Part shown: positions 57,043-64,000 of the stretch, piece by piece
How the letters are laid out: each line of letters starts with the position of its first letter
Position numbering within the stretch: position 1 is the first letter of the stretch
Assembly (NCBI GenBank): GCA_020638365.1
Contig: JACKIQ010000005.1
Coordinates: 50,509 to 114,508, forward strand
Direction of reading: 5' to 3'
Length of the DNA stretch: 64,000 nt
DNA from: Rhodospirillales bacterium
GTDB taxonomy: Bacteria; Pseudomonadota; Alphaproteobacteria; Micavibrionales; Micavibrionaceae
Made by a program: the position numbers and the translations under genes
The notes under the pieces: model-generated
What the model was told of the DNA's origin: nothing
Databases searched by the model: none
What the model saw: the letters and a program-made list of their open reading frames with translations, nothing else

Positions 57043-57084
57043 ATCTTTATGATAGATAAAATTTTATGTAAATTGCAAACTTCT

Positions 57085-58113
57085 TTATTCTTCAAGCATT
57101 TTCAAGAGGTTACAGAAGTCCTCGGGAGGCTCGATTTCAAATTCCAGCGCCGTTTCCGTTCGCGGATGGATAAATTCGATGGCAGCGGCATGCAGCGCTT
57201 GCCGGGAAAAATTACATATTTTTTCAATGATTTCAGTCTCATATCCGGCCTTCTTAAGCTTAGAACTCAAGGCCGTCCGCTGCGGCCCGTAAAGCGGGTC
57301 CCCCACCAAGGGATAGCCCAGAAGCTGCATATGCACCCGGATCTGGTGCGTCCGTCCGGTTTCCAGTTGGCATTGGACCAGCGAACACGCCTCCCCGTAA
57401 CGCTCGGTGACGAAGTAATGCGTCCGCGCATCCCGCAAATTCGTCCCCCGGATACTCATCTTCAGGCGGCTGACTTTGTCCCGCCCGATCGGCTGGTCGA
57501 TCACCCCCTTGATCGGCATGGGTACGCCCAGTACGACCGCAAAATACGTGCGGCTCAGGCTCCGCTCAGAAAGCTGCGCAGCCAGATGCCGGTGCGCCTT
57601 GTCGTTCTTCGCCACGATCATCAGCCCGCTTGTATCCTTATCAAGGCGATGCACGATCCCCGGCCGCACCACCCCGCCGATCCCCGACAGGCTGTCCGCG
57701 CAGTGATGCAACAGCGCGTTGACCAACGTCCCGCTCCAGTTCCCCGCGCCGGGATGCACGACCATTCCCGCCGCCTTGTTAATCACCAGCAGATCCTCGT
57801 CCTCGTAAACGATATCGAGCGGAATATTCTCGGCCGCCGGGACGCTGGGCACGGGCGCAGGCATGACGATACGCACATGATCCCCCGCCTCCAGCTTGCG
57901 CGAGGCGGAACCCAGAGCATCCCCGTTAATGCTGACCTGCCCTTCCTCGATCAGCGCCTGAATGCGCGTCCGCGAAAGCTCCGGGGACAACGCCGCCAGC
58001 GCCTTGTCCGCACGCTGCCCGGCCTGCTCTTCGGGGAGAGTAAGTTCAAGAACTTCCCCGCCGGACTGTTCCTCCTCGGCAGGATCGTCGGAAATCAGAT
58101 CATTCATAACCAA
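57085..58113 (-). CDS. rluD: 23S rRNA pseudouridine synthase RluD
   Basis: 342 aa. S4 domain (RADKALA..SRTRIQALIEEGQVSING), plus HRLDKDTSGLMIVAKND and THQIRVHM. Confidence 0.9.
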   Translation of the reverse strand: MVMNDLISDDPAEEEQSGGEVLELTLPEEQAGQRADKALAALSPELSRTRIQALIEEGQVSINGDALGSASRKLEAGDHVRIVMPAPVPSVPAAENIPLDIVYEDEDLLVINKAAGMVVHPGAGNWSGTLVNALLHHCADSLSGIGGVVRPGIVHRLDKDTSGLMIVAKNDKAHRHLAAQLSERSLSRTYFAVVLGVPMPIKGVIDQPIGRDKVSRLKMSIRGTNLRDARTHYFVTERYGEACSLVQCQLETGRTHQIRVHMQLLGYPLVGDPLYGPQRTALSSKLKKAGYETEIIEKICNFSRQALHAAAIEFIHPRTETALEFEIEPPEDFCNLLKMLEE

Positions 58114-58118
58114 TTACT

Positions 58119-59795
58119 CTAGGGCAGCACCGCTTCGGGTTTAACGCACGGGTCCTTATACTCTTCCGGCCCGTTTCCTGCAAACACCCATCCATCAAGC
58201 GTCGTGCGCGGCAAATCCGCCTCGTCTCCGGCCTCGGCCTCCGCTCCTTCCTTGCTCTCGACTGACTCGCTTACCTTCTTGTTTAAAAGCGCCAGCCCCG
58301 AAAGCGAGCGCTCAGGTACGCTGGCATCGGACAAGGACGTTTTTTCCATAGGAGAATCCGCAGGCAAGGTCCCGATCGTCACCTCCGCCCCCGGCAATCC
58401 GGCCTTGGTCAGCACCGCTTGATCCGGCATACCCGCATCATCCGCGCCCTCCGCAGGCTCGGAAAAAGCCCCCTGATCGTTCATCCCGGCAAATTTCTGG
58501 TAAATCTCCGCATACGGCGTCTCCGCGCTCCCGGCAATCAGGTAACGCCGATCCGCGCTTAAAACCATCTGAAAACCGCGCGCCCCATACCCTTTGAAAT
58601 AGCTTTCCCCCGTAAGCGTCACGCCCCGCGGATCAACGACAAGCATGTGCAGATAATCCATCTTCCCGATAATCGTCCCGTCATCTTCCATAAGGGGGAC
58701 CTTCGGCGCATCGGGATCTTTTACCTCGGGAGCGGTGGCCTGCATCATAAGTGCGATCAGCCCGTCTTCATGCACGGCCAGATCGACCCCTGAATAATCG
58801 TAGCCGCCCGTGTAAAAACGCTGCCACATGACGCGCCCGCTTGAGGCTTCGATCAGCATAAGCCAGCCGCCGGCGTGTCCGCCGTCCGTTGGCAAGGCAT
58901 CGCCGGCAGCCAGAATATACTCTTTCATATAAATTGCGGAACGCTTGAGCCGGGACTGCAATCCGCGCGAAAAAGGCTGCTGCCATTCCATCATCGCGTC
59001 CGGCCCCAGCCGCATGACCCAACCCGACTTCTTTTGCCCGTCATAGCTCACATACCCGGTAACGAAGATCGCCTCGCCCTGCTCCTCCCCGAATAACGCG
59101 GATGATACACCCAGAATCTCGGCATCCGCCCCCATCACGTAAGCCCGGCTGACGAGCGTCTTGCCCGAAGAAACATCGAGAATATGCACCTCAGGACTGT
59201 GCGTAATGACAGGTTTCTCCGCGGTGCCGCCAGCCTTCACCTCGCTCACGGCGATAATAAGCCGCTTCCCGTCCGGGCTGAGAGCCATATCCATTCCCAC
59301 AAACTGCTTCCCCTTTTCGCGGATCACCTTCTGTGTTTTGAACATGCCCTGCGCGTCGAAAAAACCGATCCAGACCGTCTTGCCCTCGCCGCGATGATTC
59401 CGGTTAACCATCAGCGCGATCCGGTCCTCCCCGGTTTTCAGGATTTTAACGACCGCCTCAACCGAACTGACATTATGAAATTTCTCCCAGAGTTCCTGCC
59501 CGCGCTTATCATAAGCGGTCAGCATGACAACCGGATGCACGCCGGCAAGCGGAACCATTTCGCCTGCGGCAAGCGTCACGCCCGCCCCCATATCTGCCAC
59601 GGACTTGAACGCTTCCTGCCTCTGCCCTTCGCCCTTCACGGTTTCCCATATACTGTAAGACCCGAAGCTCGGCTCGAACAGGCTCGTCACCATCTCGAAA
59701 TTCGCCGCGCACAATTCCTGCGCACGCGCGGGCAAAACGGCACACATAAGAAAAAGACAGGCAAGAAAAAGCGTCGGGACAATTCTGTTGAGCAT
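58119..59795 (-). CDS. hypothetical secreted protein
   Basis: 558 aa with signal peptide MLNRIVPTLFLACLFLMCAVLPARA. Beta-rich. It lies 5 nt upstream of rluD, so is probably co-transcribed. Confidence 0.55.
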   Translation of the reverse strand: MLNRIVPTLFLACLFLMCAVLPARAQELCAANFEMVTSLFEPSFGSYSIWETVKGEGQRQEAFKSVADMGAGVTLAAGEMVPLAGVHPVVMLTAYDKRGQELWEKFHNVSSVEAVVKILKTGEDRIALMVNRNHRGEGKTVWIGFFDAQGMFKTQKVIREKGKQFVGMDMALSPDGKRLIIAVSEVKAGGTAEKPVITHSPEVHILDVSSGKTLVSRAYVMGADAEILGVSSALFGEEQGEAIFVTGYVSYDGQKKSGWVMRLGPDAMMEWQQPFSRGLQSRLKRSAIYMKEYILAAGDALPTDGGHAGGWLMLIEASSGRVMWQRFYTGGYDYSGVDLAVHEDGLIALMMQATAPEVKDPDAPKVPLMEDDGTIIGKMDYLHMLVVDPRGVTLTGESYFKGYGARGFQMVLSADRRYLIAGSAETPYAEIYQKFAGMNDQGAFSEPAEGADDAGMPDQAVLTKAGLPGAEVTIGTLPADSPMEKTSLSDASVPERSLSGLALLNKKVSESVESKEGAEAEAGDEADLPRTTLDGWVFAGNGPEEYKDPCVKPEAVLP

Positions 59796-59855
59796 TCGGA
59801 TTCACGAGTCTAGAATCAACCACTTAAAGTCTAGAACCCGGCATATTAAAAGTCT

Positions 59856-60884
59856 ATGAAAGTTCTGATTATATCCGATGCGTGGCACCCGCAAATCAAC
59901 GGGGTGGTTCGGACATACGAATATCTCTCTCAGGAACTGAAAAATCTGGATGTAGATGTTCAGGTCTTCGGTCCCGCGCATTTTCCGGCAACCCTTCCGA
60001 TGCCCTTTTATCAGGAAATACGCCTTGCACTTTTGCCTTACAAACGCCTGAAGCGCCTGATTGAGGAATTTGCCCCCGACAAAATCCACATTGCCACCGA
60101 AGGTCCGTTAGGATGGGCGGGAAGGCGTTATTGCCTGCGCCACGACTTCCCCTTCACAACCTCCTACCATACGCAGTTTCCCGATTATATCGCTCGCCGC
60201 TTTGCTTGGCTGATCCCGCCCCTCTACCGGGCGGCACATCAACGCGCGATCGCCTTTATCCGTAAATTCCACAACGCTTCGTCGACCATGATGGTCTCGA
60301 CGGCAAGCCTCGAAGAACAACTCAGAAGCTGGGACATAACGGCGCCGATGAAACGCCTCTCGCGGGGTGTTGACACGAACCTGTTCAAACCCGGACCGAA
60401 AACGCTTTTTGCAAACCTGAAACGCCCTGTGGCTTTGTATGTCGGCCGTCTGGCCATCGAAAAAAACCTTGAGGATTTTCTGAACATGCCGTGGGGTGGT
60501 TCGAAGGTCGTGGTAGGCGACGGTCCACTGCGCTCCCGCCTGACCCGTGATTACCCGGAAACCCTCTTTACCGGATCAAAACAGGGGCGCGATCTGGCCG
60601 ATCATTTTCGATCCGCAGACGTCTTCGTTTTCCCCTCAAAAACAGATACGTTTGGGATCGTATTGATTGAAGCAATGGCCTGTGGCCTGCCCGTTTCAGC
60701 CTACAATGTAATGGGGCCTAAAGATATCGTAATTAGGCCCGAACTGGGCGCACTGGATGACTTTTCTCTTGAAAAAGCGGCCTGCCTGGCCCTCGAACGC
60801 GGCGACCCGCAGGAATGTATAAAATATATAAAAAGCAATTATGTATGGAAAAACGCGGCCCTTCAGTTCCTAGAGGCGCTTTGA
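59856..60884 (+). CDS. glycosyltransferase family 4 (GT-B) protein
   Basis: 342 aa. MKVLIISDAWHPQINGVVRT and the C-terminal FVFPSKTDTFGIVLIEAMACGLPV (EX7E region). Confidence 0.8.
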   Translation: MKVLIISDAWHPQINGVVRTYEYLSQELKNLDVDVQVFGPAHFPATLPMPFYQEIRLALLPYKRLKRLIEEFAPDKIHIATEGPLGWAGRRYCLRHDFPFTTSYHTQFPDYIARRFAWLIPPLYRAAHQRAIAFIRKFHNASSTMMVSTASLEEQLRSWDITAPMKRLSRGVDTNLFKPGPKTLFANLKRPVALYVGRLAIEKNLEDFLNMPWGGSKVVVGDGPLRSRLTRDYPETLFTGSKQGRDLADHFRSADVFVFPSKTDTFGIVLIEAMACGLPVSAYNVMGPKDIVIRPELGALDDFSLEKAACLALERGDPQECIKYIKSNYVWKNAALQFLEAL

Positions 60885-60986
60885 AAAAGTTTTGCGGAAT
60901 AATTTCGGTTTTTTATGTTTGCACTTGGCCACCCTTCCCCCCTAATATCCAGTTTTTATTATAGAAGGCAAATATAGAGCAGGGGT

Positions 60987-61349
60987 ATGGCCAAGATTCT
61001 ACTTGCTGAAGACGACGAAGCAATGCTGAACTTCCTTGAAATCGCCCTTCGGCGCGCAGGACACGATGTTTTGCCCGCTCTGGACGGCATCGAAGCGCTC
61101 GAAGCCATGGAAGAAGGGGAAGAGTTTGACCTCCTGTTAACGGACATCGTCATGCCGGGGATAGACGGTATAGAACTTGCACAAAAAGCCTTGGAAATCC
61201 AACCCGACCTGAAGGTTATGTTCATCACCGGATTCGCGGCTCTGGCCGTAAGCGGTTCCGGTATCGAAGCGGACGAGACAAAGATTCTCTCAAAGCCCTT
61301 TCACCTCAGCGACCTCGTCAACCGCATCGAAGAACTTCTGGCCGCATAA
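60987..61349 (+). CDS. cpdR: single-domain response regulator, CpdR-like
   Basis: 120 aa. Motifs KILLAEDDEAM, LLLTDIVMPGIDG, FITGFAA and LSKPFHL resemble alphaproteobacterial CpdR. Confidence 0.6.
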   Translation: MAKILLAEDDEAMLNFLEIALRRAGHDVLPALDGIEALEAMEEGEEFDLLLTDIVMPGIDGIELAQKALEIQPDLKVMFITGFAALAVSGSGIEADETKILSKPFHLSDLVNRIEELLAA

Positions 61350-61518
61350 GCCACTGTTTTACTTTAAAAATTAAGCTTTTTATTTTTAAAGAATATAGAA
61401 CAGGCCCTAAATTAACAATAAACAGTGTTTTATTTGCGTTATAGCAGCAAAGTTAACTATAATATCCTTAAAATAAAACATACTCGATTGTTGAAATAAC
61501 AACAACGCGAAGGGTGGC

Positions 61519-63471
61519 ATGAAGCCGGAAAATCTTGAAAGACTCAAACAGCTTCTCGATAATAACGCTGTCTCGGCAAATCAGATCGGTATTGCCGACC
61601 TCAAGGCGGTGCAGCGTATACTAAAGGACGAGAGCCTTTACAGCGGAAAAATTGACGGAGATTTTCGGGGCGCCAGCGCACAAGCCCTTCTGGAGGCGTG
61701 CAGGCAGACCCCCTCTTTGATTGCTTCCATATCTCCAGCTTACATCAAGCTCATGCGCGACAACGGATTTGGCGAGGATCTCCGGAAAATCGTGACCGAT
61801 AATGCGGAATTGAGAAGCGCACTGGTTGAACAAACCCGGGAACTGCTCGGCGCCCCCAGAAACAGGCAATATACGCAGCAACAAACGCATCTGTATCTTC
61901 TGGGGTTCTACGACAAAAAAATAGACGGGATAAAGGGGAACGGTCACAAGGAAGCTGTTGAGAAATTCAATCAGGACATACCCTCTGCTCCCGTAGCGGA
62001 AGAAAGAGCTGAAGCACGACAACCGGAAGAAATAAGCGAAGTAGAATCAAGGTCCGTAATCGTAAGCCGGGACACCGACATTTACAATGAGGACTGGTCC
62101 CAGGTCAGGATGGCCGGAACAGAAGCCGTGGACCTCTCGGAAAGGAGGCAAGAATCGGGAGCGGAAACCCGCGATATTTACGCGGACCTGACCCTGATCA
62201 CTCCGCCTGAAACAATAAAACGTGGTGGGGCACCCTCTATCGAAAATACAGCGTCGATTCACCTGAGTGCTGATAGCTCGGATATAGACGGCGTCCTGAC
62301 CCTAGTCGGCGATGCCTCCGGCACACAAAACAGGGGAGGAATAGCCGCAGAGCATCTGGGAGCGGCAGCCATGGACTTCCCTTACCCGGATCGGACAGGC
62401 AGCCGAACGGCAGGAGAGGAGAGCATACCATCAATCAGGCTGGCACGGATCGCTGATTCAGCCACAATCATACCCACTTTAGATCCTGCAGTTTTTTCTC
62501 AAACCCTTGTCCCCGGCTCCCCCCCTGAAACCGAAAACAGGCAAACAGAAAGAGCGCCTTTATATCGCTCTCAGCTCGATAACGACTTTGCAGAAAAAAA
62601 AGACCTGAATTTGTGGCAACGCTTTAAAAGCATCTTCACATCGGCTTCAAATGGAACAGACACCCGCGCCGGTGTCATGGAACCGTCGTCTATGACGCCT
62701 GAACAGGCCCGAATTCTCGGAACTGTTGTAGAAAATGCGAGAACCGAGGGGCTCAATATTCCTGAAGCACAAACTGGATACGAACCCTACGAACCGTTGC
62801 TCGCCCTTATACGTCTGAAGGAATCGGGAGACAATTATGACATCGGCCATAATCATGTGCAAAAAAACTATTCGTCAATGACAATAAACCAGGTTCTTGA
62901 AGACCAGAGAAGCTGGTGCAATCGCCGCAGGCTGGCAAATTTGTCAATCTACGATTACTTCGAGGGACGGGCCAGTTCCGTGGCAGGAGCCTACCAAATG
63001 ACCCATGAAACACTAAAGCGGCTTGTGACAAAACTGGGGCTTTCAGGAGAAGAGAGATTTGACAGGCGGATGCAGGACCGGTTAGGCGCTGAACTCCTGA
63101 ACGAACTCGGTTACGACAGATACCTTACCGGGACAGGCATGACAACCAGGCGCATGGTCAGTAAAATAGCCGGTGTTTGGGCTTCTTTCCCCAAAGACGA
63201 GAGCAATGAGAGCAGGTACAAAAACGATGGCCTTAACAAGGCCCTGATCGGCTACAAGCCGACGCACGATATCCTCAGCTTCATAAGAACCGAATTCCAT
63301 CGCAACACACTCCCTGGATTAACCGCCGAGGAACAGCTTGCCATCTCTCTCAGAGAGATCAGCCCGCAAATACCTGCTCCTATCATTCCGGCGGGTTCGG
63401 ACGAACCGGGTGCCATTGAAAGAAAGGATCATCTGGGTTCTCTGACAACTACGAACGTCAGGTTATCCTGA
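61519..63471 (+). CDS. peptidoglycan-binding-repeat protein with a C-terminal lambda-type lysozyme (GH104 lytic transglycosylase)-like domain
   Basis: 650 aa. Two PG_binding_1-like segments (LKAVQRILKDESLYSGKIDGDF; LYLLGFYDKKIDGIKG). The C-terminal LKESGDNY..GAYQM..RFDRRMQDRLGAELL..IAGVWASFP parallels phage lambda R (AWSEGTDN..GRYQL..FSPKSQDAVA..NIWASLP). Confidence 0.6.
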   Translation: MKPENLERLKQLLDNNAVSANQIGIADLKAVQRILKDESLYSGKIDGDFRGASAQALLEACRQTPSLIASISPAYIKLMRDNGFGEDLRKIVTDNAELRSALVEQTRELLGAPRNRQYTQQQTHLYLLGFYDKKIDGIKGNGHKEAVEKFNQDIPSAPVAEERAEARQPEEISEVESRSVIVSRDTDIYNEDWSQVRMAGTEAVDLSERRQESGAETRDIYADLTLITPPETIKRGGAPSIENTASIHLSADSSDIDGVLTLVGDASGTQNRGGIAAEHLGAAAMDFPYPDRTGSRTAGEESIPSIRLARIADSATIIPTLDPAVFSQTLVPGSPPETENRQTERAPLYRSQLDNDFAEKKDLNLWQRFKSIFTSASNGTDTRAGVMEPSSMTPEQARILGTVVENARTEGLNIPEAQTGYEPYEPLLALIRLKESGDNYDIGHNHVQKNYSSMTINQVLEDQRSWCNRRRLANLSIYDYFEGRASSVAGAYQMTHETLKRLVTKLGLSGEERFDRRMQDRLGAELLNELGYDRYLTGTGMTTRRMVSKIAGVWASFPKDESNESRYKNDGLNKALIGYKPTHDILSFIRTEFHRNTLPGLTAEEQLAISLREISPQIPAPIIPAGSDEPGAIERKDHLGSLTTTNVRLS

Positions 63472-63555
63472 AAACCCGCATTATCCGGTTTTAACGCACA
63501 AACACTTGATCTTTTCGTGGATTTTGATTACCTGTTAGCTCTTATCGCGCAGAGT

Positions 63556-63630
63556 GGGCGGTTAGCTCAGCGGTAGAGCACTTGCTCGACACGCAAGGGG
63601 TCACAAGTTCAATCCTTGTACCGCCCACCA
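63556..63630 (+). tRNA. tRNA-Val (GAC) with C at position 33
   Basis: GGGCGGT-TA-GCTC-AGCGGTA-GAGC-A-CTTGC-TCGACAC-GCAAG-GGGTC-ACAAG-TTCAATC-CTTGT-ACCGCCC-A-CCA. Confidence 0.85.
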
Positions 63631-63671
63631 TTTCCGAAAAAAATAATGTGAAAGATAAGAAGGGGTAAAAC

Positions 63672-63992
63672 CTAGATCTTCATCTCGGTATACACATTGC
63701 CGAGATTACCAAGCTCCCGCCCGGCCTCAAGCTGCCCGGGATTTGTCTCGATACCCAGCCCGTACGCAGCAGGGTCCGCCTCGATCCTGTCCACGTAAAA
63801 TTGCGTCGTCGAATCGAGACGATGCCCGAGCGCCTTGAGCTGATCGATCTTCTCCATCGTATCGACGGAAACCCTCTGATAAGCGGCCTCACTGAGAAAC
63901 TGGTGCATAATGCGGTTGGCGTTCGCCCGGATATCGTCGTTGGACTCCGGTTTCCAGCCGTCATAGCCAAAACTGTTATACGCATCCGACAA
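63672..63992 (-). CDS. hypothetical protein (start close to the window edge, may extend further)
   Basis: 106-aa ORF MSDAYNSFGYDGWKPESNDD... No motif recognised. Confidence 0.4.
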   Translation of the reverse strand: MSDAYNSFGYDGWKPESNDDIRANANRIMHQFLSEAAYQRVSVDTMEKIDQLKALGHRLDSTTQFYVDRIEADPAAYGLGIETNPGQLEAGRELGNLGNVYTEMKI

Positions 63993-64000
63993 CCCGCCCC

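Noticed and set aside
60885-61518. CtrA-type boxes (TTAA-N7-TTAA) around cpdR
   Set aside because: I scanned both flanking intergenic regions by eye. Several TTAA half-sites occur in the AT-rich 61350-61518 region, but none has the 7-nt spacing.

Overview
This window is a 64-kb chromosomal segment of an alphaproteobacterium, with mid-50s % GC judged by eye. Alphaproteobacterial markers include ALA-synthase hemA, UPF0262, a CpdR-type receiver, a 17-kDa-antigen-type lipoprotein and short-form hisG. I cannot place the genus from sequence alone. Housekeeping genes are rng, maf, infA, hisG, fabI, pdxH, htpG, hemA, rlmB, rluD, glpD-glpK, cspA and a DEAD-box helicase. They are interspersed with many secreted or surface proteins: an inverse autotransporter, an RTX-like type I secretion substrate, YjbH, a lambda-lysozyme-like protein and several lipoproteins. 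Signalling content is dense, with 3 histidine kinases and 5 CheY-like receivers. There are five tRNA genes (Phe, Tyr, Asn, Val and one atypical 92-nt tRNA). I saw no rRNA, CRISPR array, transposase or integrase. The locus I consider most worth follow-up is rtcB (30274-31928). An RNA ligase gene with no visible rtcR or rtcA is preceded by a promoter and a leader with mutually exclusive terminator/antiterminator pairings and a leader-peptide-like ORF. It is followed immediately by an atypical tRNA(UAU) carrying a 17-nt extra arm. Secondary observations are a sharply AT-rich in-frame patch inside glpK, two apparently catalytically dead enzyme relics, a tRNA-Val with C33, two promoter-plus-terminator small transcription units, and an inverse autotransporter with a beta-helix passenger. 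All functional calls rest on motif recognition by eye, with no database search.
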